A stretch of DNA of 54,969 nucleotides from Burkholderiales bacterium (GCA_031359905.1 JANMAP010000145.1:1-54969), one strand, 5' to 3'; counted from the first letter of the stretch, positions 23,717 through 36,691 are shown. Numbers and translations: made by a program. The notes: generated by a model from the sequence alone, not told the origin.

Positions 23717-25264
23717 TCAGTGACCCGCCCCGCCCATCAACCGCCCCAACGCCGATTCCGAGCAGGCATCGATCGGCAATTCGCCCACGATGCGCCCGGC
23801 GTTCATCACGATCACCCGATCGGCCAGCGCCAGGATCTCGTCGAGTTCCGACGACACCACCAGCACGGCGCCGCCGGCATCGCGCATCGCCCGCAAGCGG
23901 CCGTGGATGAATTCGATGGCCCCGATGTCGACGCCGCGTGTCGGCTGGCCGACCAGCAGCACCGTGGGTTCGGGCAGCGCTTCACGGGCCAGCACCAGCT
24001 TCTGCTGGTTGCCGCCGCTGAACTTGCTCGACCGCAGCAGCGGGTCGCGTGGCCGCACGTCGTAGCGCTCCATCATCGCTGCGCAGTCGCCCTGCATCAC
24101 GCGGCGGCGCATCCAGCCGCGGGCGCTGTAGCGCGGGCGGTCGTGGTAGCCGAGCACCGCCGATTCCCAGGCGTCGAAGTTCAGCACCAGGCCGCGGCGG
24201 TGGCGGTCTTCGGGCACGTGGGCGATGCGCAAAGCGCGGGCCTGCGACGTGCTCAGCCAGTGCTGCGGCGTGAAGGTGTCGCCGCCGACCTGCAGTTCGC
24301 CGCTGTCCGGTTCCAGCAAGCCCGACAGCACGTCGAGCAGCTCGCTCTGCCCGTTGCCCGAGACGCCGGCGATGCCGACGATTTCGCCGGCGCGCAGCGT
24401 CAGCGAGACGTCGGCCAGCCGCGGCACGCCCAGCGCGTCGGTCCAGCCGAGGTGGCTGGCCTGCAGCAGCACCGCACCCGGCGTGGCCCCTGCGTCACCG
24501 CGGCCGCTGCGGCCCAGCTGCACGCGGCGGCCGACCATGGCTTCGGCCAGCGTGTCGATCGACGCGTCGACGATGGCGCAGTCGAGCACCACCTGGCCGG
24601 CGCGCATCACCGTCACCGCGTCGCACAGGGCCATGATCTCCTTGAGCTTGTGGGTGATCAGCAGGACCGTCGTGCCGCGCTCGCGCAACTGGCGCAGCGT
24701 GACGAAGAGCGCGTCGGTTTCCTGCGGCGACAGCACCGCGGTCGGCTCGTCGAGGATCAGGATGCGCGCGCCGCGGAACAGCGCCTTGAGGATTTCCAGC
24801 CGCTGCAGTTCGCCCACCGGCAGGTCGGCGACCAGCGCGTCCAGGTCGACCTGCAGCCCGGTGTCGCGCACCAGCTGTTCGAGCTTCCCGCGCACCTGGG
24901 CGCGGCCGGGCGTCAGCAGCCAGCCGGGTTCGGCGCCGAGCATCACGTTGTCCAGCGCGCTCAGCGTGTCGACCAGCATGAAGTGCTGGTGGACCATGCC
25001 GATGCCCAACGCGATGGCGTCGCGCGACCCGCCGATGCGGGCGCTGCGGCCTTCGATCTCGATCTCGCCGCTGTCGGCCTGGTAGAAGCCGTAGAGGATC
25101 GACATCAGCGTGCTCTTGCCCGCGCCGTTCTCGCCGACGATGCCATGCACCGTGCCGGCGGCGACGCGCAGGTGCACGCCGCGGTTGGCGTGCACGGCGC
25201 CGAAGCGCTTGTCGATGCCGCGCATCTGCACGGCGTGGGGCGGCATGGACAGGGAGGTCGACAC
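23717..25264 (-). CDS. Nucleoside/sugar ABC transporter ATP-binding protein (double ATPase domain)
   Basis: GENGAGKSTL, GMVHQHF, LILDEPT, SGGNQQK, QPTRGVD. Confidence 0.92.
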   Translation of the reverse strand: MSTSLSMPPHAVQMRGIDKRFGAVHANRGVHLRVAAGTVHGIVGENGAGKSTLMSILYGFYQADSGEIEIEGRSARIGGSRDAIALGIGMVHQHFMLVDTLSALDNVMLGAEPGWLLTPGRAQVRGKLEQLVRDTGLQVDLDALVADLPVGELQRLEILKALFRGARILILDEPTAVLSPQETDALFVTLRQLRERGTTVLLITHKLKEIMALCDAVTVMRAGQVVLDCAIVDASIDTLAEAMVGRRVQLGRSGRGDAGATPGAVLLQASHLGWTDALGVPRLADVSLTLRAGEIVGIAGVSGNGQSELLDVLSGLLEPDSGELQVGGDTFTPQHWLSTSQARALRIAHVPEDRHRRGLVLNFDAWESAVLGYHDRPRYSARGWMRRRVMQGDCAAMMERYDVRPRDPLLRSSKFSGGNQQKLVLAREALPEPTVLLVGQPTRGVDIGAIEFIHGRLRAMRDAGGAVLVVSSELDEILALADRVIVMNAGRIVGELPIDACSESALGRLMGGAGH

Positions 25265-25326
25265 GCCTGCGTCACCCGCGAGCGCCGACGCAACGTGTCA
25301 CGCTCACCTCGCGCTCACCTCGCGCA

Positions 25327-25403
25327 GACGCCGTGGAACCGGCTTCGCCGGGCCACCGGCGTCGCCCCCGCGAGGGGGCAGCGGCCACGGGCCGCTCCGG
25401 GGG
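25327..25403 (+). repeat. Multi-hairpin intergenic repeat (REP-like), copy 1
   Basis: Nested GACGCCG...CCGGC-ttc-GCCGG...CGGCGTC, then GCCCCC-gcga-GGGGGC and AGCGGCC-acg-GGCCGCT. Related to 52956-53020. Confidence 0.7.
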
Positions 25404-25409
25404 TGGCCT

Positions 25410-26390
25410 TCATTTGCAGCTGTTCGCGGCCATGTAATCGATGACCTTGATCTTGCCGGCGATGATGTCGGCGCGCGCCGCGTCGACTCGTCTCTTCATC
25501 TCCGGCGTCACCAGCTTGGCGTTGTGCTCGTCGAGCGCGATGTCGACGCCGCCTTCGGCCAGGCCGAGCGCGGTGACGCCCGGCTTGACGCCCTTGAAGG
25601 CGTTGTAGACGGCGATGTCGACGCGCTTGACCATGCTCGTCAGCATCGTGCCGGGCTGGACGTGGTTCTGGTTGCTGTCGACACCGATGGCCAGCCTGGT
25701 GTTGTCCTTGGCCGCCTGGTAGACGCCCAGGCCGGTGCCGCCGGCGGCGGCGAAGATCACGTCGACACCCGATGCGAACTGCGACTTGGCGAGCTCGGCG
25801 CCGCGCGCCGGGTCGTTCCATGCCGCCGGCGTGGTGCCGGTCATGTTGCCGCTGACGACGACCTTCGGGTTGGCGTACTTCGCGCCCTGTTGGTAGCCGC
25901 ACTGGAAGCGGCGGATCAGCGGGATGTCCATGCCGCCGACGAAGCCGACCTTGCCGCTCTTGCTGGCCATCGCCGCCATCACGCCGACCAGGAAGCTGCC
26001 TTCCTGCTCCTTGAAGGTGATGCTCTGCACGTTGGGCTGGTTGACGACGGCGTCGATGATCGCGAACTTCAGCTTGGGGAAGTCCTTGGCCACTTTGTCC
26101 ATGCTGGTGCCCATCGAAAAGCCGATGGCCACGATGGGGTCGGCGCCGCGCTCGGCCATCCGCCGCTTGGACTGCTCGCGCTGCGTCGGGTTGCTGATCT
26201 CGAACTCGAGATACGGCTTGCCGGTTTCCTTCTTCCAGCGTTCGGCGCCGTCGTAGCCGGCCTGGTTGAAGCTCTTGTCGAACTTGCCGCCCATGTCGTA
26301 GATCACGGCGGGGTCGGCCCAGGCGGAACACGCGGCCAACGCGGCGACGGCGACGAGGGCCGACCTGAAGATTGCGGCGCGCTGGGGCAT
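25410..26390 (-). CDS. BMP-family (purine nucleoside) ABC substrate-binding protein
   Basis: GGKFDKSFN, EQEGSFLVG, GFVGGM, AIGVDSNQ, LTSMVKRVD. Confidence 0.93.
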   Translation of the reverse strand: MPQRAAIFRSALVAVAALAACSAWADPAVIYDMGGKFDKSFNQAGYDGAERWKKETGKPYLEFEISNPTQREQSKRRMAERGADPIVAIGFSMGTSMDKVAKDFPKLKFAIIDAVVNQPNVQSITFKEQEGSFLVGVMAAMASKSGKVGFVGGMDIPLIRRFQCGYQQGAKYANPKVVVSGNMTGTTPAAWNDPARGAELAKSQFASGVDVIFAAAGGTGLGVYQAAKDNTRLAIGVDSNQNHVQPGTMLTSMVKRVDIAVYNAFKGVKPGVTALGLAEGGVDIALDEHNAKLVTPEMKRRVDAARADIIAGKIKVIDYMAANSCK

Positions 26391-26511
26391 GGGAAGGGTC
26401 TCGTTTCTTGCGGGTCCGGTCAGGATAGCAAGACTGGCGCCGCGGGCCGCTGCGCGGCCGCTTCCGCTGTGGTCGCTGCGCGGCCGCTCCAGTTGACCCT
26501 AGGATCGGCGC

Positions 26512-27618
26512 ATGAAAGACCGCGTTCCTTTGTTGTCCCCGTCCCCGTCCCCACCCACGCGGATCACCGCGCTCGCCCGTGCGCTGCCCAAAGTGCTGCT
26601 GCACGACCATCTCGACGGCGGCCTGCGGGTGCCGACCCTGCTCGCGCTGCTGCACGAGCGCGGCGTCACGCCGCCGGCGCCCGATGGGCCGGCGCTGGCC
26701 CGCTGGTTCGATGCCAACGCGCATGCCGGCAGCCTGGAAAAGTACCTCGATGGATTCGCCCTCACCGTGGCGGCGATGGCCACCCCGTCGGCGCTGCAAC
26801 GCGTGGCCCGCGAGGCCGCCGAAGACGCCCATGCCCAGGGCGCGCTGCTGGCCGAATTCCGCATCGCCCCGCTGCTCTTCGAAGCCCATGGGCTGGACGG
26901 CGACACGGTGGTCCGGGCGCTGCTTGCGGGGCTGGCGGCCGGCCCGCTGCCGCTGGGGGATTCGAGTGGCTTGATCGTCTGCGCGATGCGCCATCTGCCG
27001 CCGGCCGAGACCGAACGCGCTGCCGCGCTGGCGCTGCGCTGGCAGGGCCGCGGCGTCGTCGGCTTCGACCTGGCCGGCCCCGAGCGCGGATTTCCGCCCG
27101 GCGAACACCGCGCTGCGCTGGCCCGCGTGCGCGCCGCCGGCCTGCCGTTGACGCTGCATGCCGGCGAGGCCGATGCCGCCGAGCGCGTTCTCGAAGCCGG
27201 CCGGCTGGGCGCTGCGCGCATCGGCCACGGCGTGCATCTGGTCGACGCGCTGCACGACCCGGCGCGCCGCGGCCTCGTCGACGAGGCGATCGCGCTGGGC
27301 CTGCACCTGGAGGTCTGCCCGACCAGCAACGTGCACACCGGCGCGGCGGCGTCGATCGCCGATCACCCGATCAGCGAACTCTGGCGCGCCGGGGTCAGCC
27401 TGTCGTACCACACCGACAACACGCTGATGTCGCGCATCACGCACAGCGACGAAGCGGCGGCGCTGCTCCAGCACACGGCGCTGACGGCCGTCGACCTGCT
27501 GGCGATGGCGCGTGCCGCGGCGCGCGCCTCGTTCCTGCCCGCCGCGTCGCGGCAGCGCGCCGAAGCGCAGATCGCGGCCTATGCCGGCGCTCAGGGGCTG
27601 GCCCTGCCCGCCGGTTGA
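26512..27618 (+). CDS. add: Adenosine deaminase family protein
   Basis: LPKVLLHDHLDGG, GFDLAGPE, TLHAGE, RIGHG, EVCPTSN, TDN. Confidence 0.88.
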   Translation: MKDRVPLLSPSPSPPTRITALARALPKVLLHDHLDGGLRVPTLLALLHERGVTPPAPDGPALARWFDANAHAGSLEKYLDGFALTVAAMATPSALQRVAREAAEDAHAQGALLAEFRIAPLLFEAHGLDGDTVVRALLAGLAAGPLPLGDSSGLIVCAMRHLPPAETERAAALALRWQGRGVVGFDLAGPERGFPPGEHRAALARVRAAGLPLTLHAGEADAAERVLEAGRLGAARIGHGVHLVDALHDPARRGLVDEAIALGLHLEVCPTSNVHTGAAASIADHPISELWRAGVSLSYHTDNTLMSRITHSDEAAALLQHTALTAVDLLAMARAAARASFLPAASRQRAEAQIAAYAGAQGLALPAG

Positions 27619-27670
27619 AGCGACAGGCGGAAGCGGGCTGAAGCGGCAGGCTGAAGCCGCGCGGCCGTCG

Positions 27671-29049
<1,379 letters not shown>

Positions 29050-29050
<1 letters not shown>

Positions 29051-30384
29051 CAGTCGCTGCGGCGACCGAAGCCCGGGTCGATGCGGAGCAGCGCGGTGGC
29101 GGCAAACGCCGGCAGCGTGGCCACGCAGGTCCAGATGAAGAAGTTCAGGTAGCCCAGTTGTGCCTGCAGCCAGCCCGACCACATGCCCGGCAGCATCATG
29201 CCCAGGGCCATGAAGCCGGTGCAGATGGCGTAGTGCGCGGCCTGATGAACGGGCTGGGGCTCGGCGCTGCCGCCCGCGCCGCCGGCGATCATCAGCAGGG
29301 CCACCATGTAAGCCGTGAAGCCGAAGCCGTAGCCGAACTGCTCGACGGCGATCGCCGCGCTGACCAGTCCCAGGTGCTGCGGCTGCCACGCCGCCAGCGC
29401 GACGAAAAGGGTATTCGGCACATGCATCGCAAGGACCAGCGGCCACAGCACGCGCTTCAGGCCGGCGCGCGAGATCACCCAGCCGCCGAGCAGGCCGCCG
29501 ACGGTCAGCGCGGCCACGCCGACGGTTCCGTAGGCGATGCCCACGTCCTGCGTCTTCAGCCCGAGACCGCCGGCGGCCAGCGGGTCGAGCAGGAATGGCG
29601 TGACGAGCTTCAGCGCCTGCGCTTCGGCGAATCGGTACAGCAGCAGGAACGCCAGGATGCGCAGGATGTCCGGCTTGGCGAAGAAGGCCGCGAAGACGGC
29701 GCGGAAGTCGGCCCAGAAGTGATGCGACTGCGGCGCTGACTGGTCGCTGGCCGGCCGCGGCAGCGCCCACGCGTGGTATGCCGCCAGCGCCACGAAGCCG
29801 ATGCCCAGCAGCCCGAACACGCCCTGCCAGGCCAGCACCATGCTGCCCGTGCGTTCCTGCAGCGCGCCGGCCAGGTAGACCAGCCCGCCCTGCCCGGCGA
29901 TCATCGCCAGACGGTAGAACGTGCTGCGAACGCCGACGAAGGCCGCCTGGGTGTGCGGCGGCTGGGCCAGCATGTAGAAGCCGTCGGCGGCGATGTCGTG
30001 AGTGGCTGATGCGAAGGCCATCAGCCAGAAGACCGCCAGCGTCAGCTGCACGAACTGCGGCGCCGGCAGAGCCAACGCGACCATCGCCAGCGCCGCGCCG
30101 ATGACGAACTGCAGGCCGACGATCCAGCCGCGCTTGCGCCCGAACAGGTCGACCAGCGGGCTCCACAACGGCTTGATGACCCACGGCAGGTACAGCCAGC
30201 TGGTGAACAGGGCGATCTCGGTGTTCGACACGCCGAGGTTCTTGTACAGCACCACCGCCAGCGTCATCACCACGACGTAGGGCAGCCCCTGGCCGAAGTA
30301 CAGGCTGGGGATCCAGCGCCAGGGGCGCGCTGGCGGCAGGCTGCTGGACGGCGCGACAGGAACGGACAAGGACGGGGTGGCCAA
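29050..30384 (-). CDS. MFS transporter, AmpG (muropeptide permease)-like
   Basis: [36 protein letters not shown] start inferred. Confidence 0.85.
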
Positions 30385-30622
30385 GGGCGTGCGGAGCAGA
30401 CAGTCGGTGGGCGCGCCCCGTCGGGACGCAGCAGCGATGTTCACACAGCCGAGGGCTGTTGTTTTCGCACCGCGACGTGCCTGGGGAGTTTGGTATTTCC
30501 CGATGCTGCTGCGGACATTCAGAACCGACACTGCGGCGCTGGAAGGGTGGCAGGCCGAAGGGCTGAGAGGCGCGGGGTGGGTGGCCGCAGCAGCCGAAGC
30601 ACTGACAGCAAAGGACACTCGA

Positions 30623-33376
30623 ATGAAACTCCACACGATGGCCGGCGGCCTGGCTGTTCTCGGTTTGGCCCATGCCGCGCTGGCCCAGGGCACGGCACAG
30701 CGTTTCGAGATCACCGGCTCGAGCATCAAGCGCATCCAGGCCGAAAGCGCGCTGCCGGTGCAGACGATCAGCCGCGATGACATCGATCGCGCCGGCATCG
30801 TCAGTGCCGAACAGCTGGTGGCCCGCATCACCGCCAACGGCAATGGCGCCGACAACCTGTCGGCCAACGTCGGCATCCAGCTCGGCACCACCGACCGCAA
30901 CAACAACGGCAACACCAGCGCCAACCTGCGCGGCCTGGGGGCCAACAGCACGCTGGTGCTGCTCAACGGCCGCCGGGTGTCCACCCACGGTGCCAAGGGC
31001 AACGCGGTCGACCTGAACTCGATCCCGCTGGCGGCGATCGAGCGCGTCGAGGTGCTGAAGGACGGCGCGTCGGCCACCTACGGCACCGACGCCATCGGCG
31101 GCGTCATCAACTTCATCCTCCGCAAGGACTACACCGGCTTCGAAGCGACGGCCTTCGCCGACATCACCGAAGCCGGCGGCGGCAACGTCTACCGGGCCTC
31201 GCTGCTCGGCGGCTGGGGCAACCTGGGCAGCGACGGCTACAACCTGATGGCCAGCATCACCCGCGACGAGCAGAAGGTGCTGGGCGGGTATGGCGAGCGC
31301 GCCTTCTCCAACGGCTTCCAGCCCGACCGCGGCCTGTCGCCCGATACCACCGGCACGCCGTTCGCCACGCAGACGGGGTCTGCCGGCACGGCGCTCGGCG
31401 CGAGCTACAGGCTGCCGACCACCGGCACCCAGACCTACAACCGCGCCAACCTGCTCAGCTTCCAGGGGAAGTGCGATTCGGTGCCCTTCATGTCGCAATA
31501 CCAGGCCGCGCTGTGGGGCAACCTGGGTTTCGCCAGGGGCTGCGCGTTCGACTACGGTGGCTCGGAAATCCTGATCCAGCCCGTCAAGCGGACCAACGCC
31601 GTGGCCCGTGGCACCTTCGCGCTGGGCACCAACCACACGGTGTTCGTCGAGTTGACCGGTTCGCGCACCGAGGCCGCCAAGTCCTTCGAGCCCTACCAGC
31701 TGACGACCAGCGGCCTGGTCGGCGCCAACTACCCGGTCGGCGGGCCGTACTACCAGGACCTGTCGGCCTTCATCCCGACCTTCGACAAGACCAGGCCCAT
31801 CGCCTACCGCTGGCGCTGCGATTCCTGCGGCAACCGCGAGATCGAAACCACCACCGACGCCTACCGCATCCTGTTCGGCGCCGAAGGCACGCTGTTCGGC
31901 AGCTGGGACTACAAGGTCGGCCTGTCGACCGCGCAAAGCAAGGCCGAGTCGCTGCTCGCCGGCGGCTTCTACTACACCGAAGACATCTCGAAAGCCCTGG
32001 GCAGCGGCAAGATCAACCCGTTCCTGCTGCCCGGCCAGTCGCAGACCAGCGAGGCGATCGCCCTGATCCAGGCGGCCAGCGCGCGCGGCCAGCGGCTGTT
32101 CAACGGCAAGGCCACGCTCAAGCAGTTCGACGCCACCCTGTCGGGCGAGATCATGCAGCTGCCGGCCGGTGCGCTGGCCGTCGCCGCGGGCGTCGACGTG
32201 CGCCAGGAGTCGTACGCCTTCAGCGACGGCTCCAAGACCACGCGACCGATCTTCCAGGCCGCGTTCGATGCCGACTTCCCGCGCGTCAAGCGCGACATCA
32301 CGGCCGTCTTCGGCGAAGTCGCCATTCCGATCATCAAGGGCATGGAAGCCACGGTGTCGGCGCGCACTGACCACTACAGCGATTTCGGCAACACCACCAA
32401 TCCAAAGTTCGCGCTGAAGTACTCGCCGATCGAGCAGTTGCTGCTGCGCGGTTCGTACAACGAAGGCTTCCGCGCCCCGAGCTTCTTCCAGCTCTACGGC
32501 GCCACCGGCGAGTCCCCGGTGCCGGGCAACATCGCCGACCCGGTGCTGTGCCCCAACGGCAACGTCGCCGGTGCCGATCTGTCGGTCTGCGCGATCCGCC
32601 CCAATTCGCGCCAGGGCGGCAATCCCGGGCTGAAGCCCGAGACCTCGCGCCAGTGGACGATCGGCTTCGTCGTCTCGCCCTACAACGGCCTGAGCTTCAG
32701 CCTCGACAGGTGGCAGATCAAGCGCACCGACCTGATCTACGAGCTGACACCGCAGCAGGTCATCGCCAACTACCAGACCTTCCCCGAGAGCCTGGTGCGC
32801 GGTCCCAATGGGCGCCTCGACGACATCGGCGGCTACGTGCGCGCCGGCTTCGTCAACGCCGACGGCGACATCACCAGCGGCACCGACCTCAGCGTCAAGG
32901 CCGACGGCAAGCTGGGCAACGGGCGCTGGAGCGCCAGCATCGACGGCACCTACATCGACAGCCACCGCTCGCGCATCTTCTCGACTTTGCCGTATGTCGA
33001 GTCAGCCGGGCAGTGGAGTTCGCGCGACCTGTTCGTGCGCTGGAAGCACGAAGCCCGCGTCGGCTATTCCGCAGGGCCGTGGAGCGGCACGCTGTCGCAG
33101 AGCTACACCTCGCGCTACAAGGACGAGGTGCCCTCGGGCGTGGTGCCGCCGGGCTTCGACCCCTACGTGCACGGCTACGCCGTCTACAACCTGTCGGTGG
33201 GCTACAGCGGCGTCAAGAACCTGACCGTGACCGCCGGGGTCAGGAACCTGCTGGACCGCGACCCGTCGTTCACCGCGCACAACCTGGACTTCGCCGCCGG
33301 CGCCGGCTGGGACCCGCGTGTGGCCGACCCGCGGGGCCGCGCCTACACCCTGCGCGTGACCTACAAGTTCTTCTGA
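30623..33376 (+). CDS. TonB-dependent receptor
   Basis: Signal peptide, EITGSSI, plug NLRGLG...[26 protein letters not shown]-terminal F. Confidence 0.95.
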   Translation: MKLHTMAGGLAVLGLAHAALAQGTAQRFEITGSSIKRIQAESALPVQTISRDDIDRAGIVSAEQLVARITANGNGADNLSANVGIQLGTTDRNNNGNTSANLRGLGANSTLVLLNGRRVSTHGAKGNAVDLNSIPLAAIERVEVLKDGASATYGTDAIGGVINFILRKDYTGFEATAFADITEAGGGNVYRASLLGGWGNLGSDGYNLMASITRDEQKVLGGYGERAFSNGFQPDRGLSPDTTGTPFATQTGSAGTALGASYRLPTTGTQTYNRANLLSFQGKCDSVPFMSQYQAALWGNLGFARGCAFDYGGSEILIQPVKRTNAVARGTFALGTNHTVFVELTGSRTEAAKSFEPYQLTTSGLVGANYPVGGPYYQDLSAFIPTFDKTRPIAYRWRCDSCGNREIETTTDAYRILFGAEGTLFGSWDYKVGLSTAQSKAESLLAGGFYYTEDISKALGSGKINPFLLPGQSQTSEAIALIQAASARGQRLFNGKATLKQFDATLSGEIMQLPAGALAVAAGVDVRQESYAFSDGSKTTRPIFQAAFDADFPRVKRDITAVFGEVAIPIIKGMEATVSARTDHYSDFGNTTNPKFALKYSPIEQLLLRGSYNEGFRAPSFFQLYGATGESPVPGNIADPVLCPNGNVAGADLSVCAIRPNSRQGGNPGLKPETSRQWTIGFVVSPYNGLSFSLDRWQIKRTDLIYELTPQQVIANYQTFPESLVRGPNGRLDDIGGYVRAGFVNADGDITSGTDLSVKADGKLGNGRWSASIDGTYIDSHRSRIFSTLPYVESAGQWSSRDLFVRWKHEARVGYSAGPWSGTLSQSYTSRYKDEVPSGVVPPGFDPYVHGYAVYNLSVGYSGVKNLTVTAGVRNLLDRDPSFTAHNLDFAAGAGWDPRVADPRGRAYTLRVTYKFF

Positions 33377-33438
33377 TACCGCGGCCGGCGCCGCCGCCGT
33401 CGCGCGGCGGCACCGTGACGCAGGACCGACCCGCTGCG

Positions 33439-34392
33439 ATGGCCACGCTCCCCAGGCAACCCGACGGCGAAGCGGCCCGCGTTCACTTCGACCTGACGAC
33501 CTTGCAGCTGTTCATCGCCACGGCCGAACTGGGTGGCGTGACGCGGGCGGCGGGCCGCCTGCACATCGCACCGGCAGCGGCGTCGCGCCGCATCGTCGAC
33601 CTGGAATCGCAGCTCGGCCTGGCGCTGTTCGATCGGCGACCTCACGGCATGGCGTTGACCGACGCCGGGCGCGCGATGCTGGCCCATGCCCGCAGCATCA
33701 CGCACACGGTGTCGCGCATGCAGGACGACGCTGCGTCCTACCTGGGCGGCGACCAGGGCGTCGTGCGTGTCGCGGCGCCGAAGTCGGCGGTGATCCAGTT
33801 CCTCCCCGCCGACCTGCAACGCTGCGCCGCTGCCTGCCCCGGCGTGCGCGTCGACCTGCAGGAGATGAACAGCCAGATCGTCCAGCAAGCGCTGCAGCGC
33901 GGTGTCGTCGACATCGGCATCTACGAATCCACGCTCGGCGCCATCGACCTGCCGACGCTGCCCTACCGCAGCGACCGCCTGCTGGTGGTCACCGCACGCG
34001 ACCATCCACTGGCCACGCGCCGCACGCTGACGCTGGACGACATCCTGGGCTGCGAGCTGATCGGTCTGGGCGAGGGCTCGGCGATCTCGATCGCGCTGGA
34101 GCGCCTGGCGCAGGAGAGCGGGCGGATCCTGCACATGCGCATGCGGGTGGGCGGCTTCGACAGCATCGCGGCGCTGGTGGCGCAGGGCCATGGCATCGGC
34201 GTCATGCCGCGTGCCGTGGCGCGCAGCGTGGCCGGGGGCGCGGCGTTCGCCCGCGTGCCGATCGCCGGCGACTGGGCGCAGCGCCAGTTCGTGCTCTGCC
34301 ACCGGCCGCTGGCCGCGCTGTCGCGCGCAGCGCAGAGCGTGGCCCGGGTGCTGGCGGATACGCCAAACGCGAAACCTGGATCGACGAAATAG
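33439..34392 (+). CDS. LysR-family transcriptional regulator
   Basis: FDLTTLQLF...AASRRIVDLE...LFDR...LTDAG helix-turn-helix. Confidence 0.93.
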   Translation: MATLPRQPDGEAARVHFDLTTLQLFIATAELGGVTRAAGRLHIAPAAASRRIVDLESQLGLALFDRRPHGMALTDAGRAMLAHARSITHTVSRMQDDAASYLGGDQGVVRVAAPKSAVIQFLPADLQRCAAACPGVRVDLQEMNSQIVQQALQRGVVDIGIYESTLGAIDLPTLPYRSDRLLVVTARDHPLATRRTLTLDDILGCELIGLGEGSAISIALERLAQESGRILHMRMRVGGFDSIAALVAQGHGIGVMPRAVARSVAGGAAFARVPIAGDWAQRQFVLCHRPLAALSRAAQSVARVLADTPNAKPGSTK

Positions 34393-34457
34393 CGATGGCC
34401 AGCGCCGGCGCGATGCCCGACAGTGCGCCGCATTCGAGACCCCCGGAGAGACCCCGC

Positions 34458-35429
34458 ATGCAACGCAGAAGCTTCACGCTGGCCGCCGCGGCCGCGCTCG
34501 CCAGCCCGGCCCTGCTGCGCGCCGCGCCGCTGCCGTCCGGCCCGGTGCGCATCATCGTCGGCTTCGCCCCGGGGGGTGGCACCGATGTGCTGGCGCGCGT
34601 CATCGGCCAGAAGCTGGCCGTGCTGTGGAACACCGCGGTGATCGTCGAGAACAAGGCCGGCGCCACCGGCGTCATCGCCGCCGACTACGTGGCCAAGTCG
34701 CCGGCCGACGGCACGACGCTGCTGATGGCCCACGTCAACAGCCATGCCATCGCGCCGGCCCTGCTGCCCAACGTCAGGTACGACCCGCGCACCGACTTCT
34801 CGCCCATCGCGCTCGTCGGCGTGACACCCAACATGCTGACCTGCACCGAACGCCAGCCGGCGCGCGCCATCGACGACATCGTCGCGCTGTGCCGCAAGCG
34901 GCCCGGCGAGATCACCTTCGGCTCGTCGGGGATCGGCTCGGCGCAGCACCTGGCCTTCGAGATGTTCAAGCTGCAGGCCAAGATCAACGCCGTGCACGTA
35001 CCCTACAAGGGCTCGGGCGCGCTGATCATCGACCTGCTGGGCGGGCAGCTGGACTACGCCTTCGACACGATGACCGCGGCCACGCCGTTCATCCGCCAGG
35101 GCAAGGTCATCGCGCTGGCGCAGACGCGGCTGCACCGCGCGAAGAGCCACCCGACGGTGCCGACGCTGGCCGAATCGGGGTTTCCGGGGCTGGACGCGGC
35201 GTCGTGGTACGGCCTGGTCGGCCCGCGCGGCCTGCCACCGGAGATGGTGCAGCGCATGAACGAGGACGTGAACCGCGTGCTGGCGATGCCCGACATCGCG
35301 CAGAAGCTCGACGAGTTCGGCGCCGAAGACGCCGGCGGCAGCAGCCAGAAGTTCACGACCTTCATCGGCACCGAATACACCAAGTGGGGCAAGACCATCA
35401 AGGACGCCAACGTGCGCCTGGAATCGTGA
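34458..35429 (+). CDS. Bug/TctC tripartite tricarboxylate transporter binding protein
   Basis: GFAPGGGTD, VENKAGA, DGTTLL, HVPYKG. Confidence 0.93.
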   Translation: MQRRSFTLAAAAALASPALLRAAPLPSGPVRIIVGFAPGGGTDVLARVIGQKLAVLWNTAVIVENKAGATGVIAADYVAKSPADGTTLLMAHVNSHAIAPALLPNVRYDPRTDFSPIALVGVTPNMLTCTERQPARAIDDIVALCRKRPGEITFGSSGIGSAQHLAFEMFKLQAKINAVHVPYKGSGALIIDLLGGQLDYAFDTMTAATPFIRQGKVIALAQTRLHRAKSHPTVPTLAESGFPGLDAASWYGLVGPRGLPPEMVQRMNEDVNRVLAMPDIAQKLDEFGAEDAGGSSQKFTTFIGTEYTKWGKTIKDANVRLES

Positions 35430-36691
35430 ACGGGCCGGGATCCGTCACCCCGGACGCAGCGGCGTCCGGGTCCGGTGCCAGCCCGCGCCCGCTGCCGCTG
35501 GCCGGCGTGCGCGTGCTCGACGTCAGCCAGGTCATGGCCGGCCCCTACGCCTGCATGCTGCTGGCCGACATGGGCGCCGATGTCGTGAAGATCGAACCGC
35601 CCGACGGCGGCGACCAGACGCGTGGCGCGATGGGCTTCAAGATGAAGGGGCCCGACAGCATGGGCTTCCTGAACATGAACCGCAACAAGCGCAGCGTCGC
35701 GCTCGACCTGAAGTCCGACGCCGGCCGCCAGGTGCTGTACCGCATGGCGCGCGACGCCGACATCCTCGTCGAGAACTATCGCCCCGGCGTGATGCAGCGG
35801 CTGGGCATCGACTACGAGACTCTCAGCGCGATCAACCCCAAGCTGGTCTACGTCAGCATCTCGGGCTTCGGCCAGTCGGGCCCGTGGGCCGCGCGGCCCG
35901 GCTTCGACCTGATGGCGCAGGCCATGTCCGGCATCATGAGCGTGACCGGCTATCCCGGTGGCGCGCCGGTGAAGGCCGGCGTGCCGGTGGCCGACATCGG
36001 CTGCGCGCTGTTCGCCACCTACGCCATGCTGGCGGCCTACATCGGCGCCAAGGCCAGCGGCCAGGGCCAGTACGTGGATGCCTCGCTGTTCGATTCGGCG
36101 CTGGCCTTCTCGGTGTGGGACATCTCCGAGTACTGGGGCACCGGGCGCGAGCCCGAACCGCTGGGCACGGCCAACCGGATGAGTGCGCCCTACCAGGCGA
36201 TGAAGGCGGCCGACGGCTGGTTCGTGATGGGCGCCACCAACCAGAAGCTGTGGCAGACCCTGTGCCAGGTGCTCGAACGCCCCGATCTGCTGGCCGACGC
36301 GCGCTTCGCCAGCGTGTCGCTGCGGCTGGCCAACCGGCTGGTGCTGGTCGAGATGCTGGAGTCGAGCTTTGCCGGCGACACCGCCGAGCACTGGATCGAG
36401 CGCCTGCTGGCCCGTGGCATCCCGGCGGGGCCGATCCTGAGCTATCCGCAGGCCTTCGACAGCGAGCATGGCCGGCACCGCCAGATGCGCATCGAGATCG
36501 ACCACCCGAACGAAGGCACGGTGCCCAACATCGGCTTCGCGGTGAAGATGCTGGGCACGCCGCAGCAGGTGCGCCGGCCGCCGCCGCTGCTGGGCCAGCA
36601 CACGGCCGAGGTGCTGGCCGAATACGGCATCGCGGCGGACCAGCGTCGCGAACTGGCCGCGGCTGGCGCGTTCGGCGCGTCGGGCGCATGA
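35426..36691 (+). CDS. CaiB/BaiF family III CoA transferase
   Basis: LAGVRVLD, AGPY, GADVVKIE, NRNKRS, ENYRPG, GFD, PPLLGQH. GTG overlaps the previous stop. Confidence 0.93.
   Translation: MNGPGSVTPDAAASGSGASPRPLPLAGVRVLDVSQVMAGPYACMLLADMGADVVKIEPPDGGDQTRGAMGFKMKGPDSMGFLNMNRNKRSVALDLKSDAGRQVLYRMARDADILVENYRPGVMQRLGIDYETLSAINPKLVYVSISGFGQSGPWAARPGFDLMAQAMSGIMSVTGYPGGAPVKAGVPVADIGCALFATYAMLAAYIGAKASGQGQYVDASLFDSALAFSVWDISEYWGTGREPEPLGTANRMSAPYQAMKAADGWFVMGATNQKLWQTLCQVLERPDLLADARFASVSLRLANRLVLVEMLESSFAGDTAEHWIERLLARGIPAGPILSYPQAFDSEHGRHRQMRIEIDHPNEGTVPNIGFAVKMLGTPQQVRRPPPLLGQHTAEVLAEYGIAADQRRELAAAGAFGASGA

Noticed and set aside
30540-30615. Glycine or cobalamin riboswitch before the TonB receptor
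   Set aside because: GCCGAAG occurs twice, but the glycine aptamer GGAGA/CTCAGG elements and a B12 box are not evident.
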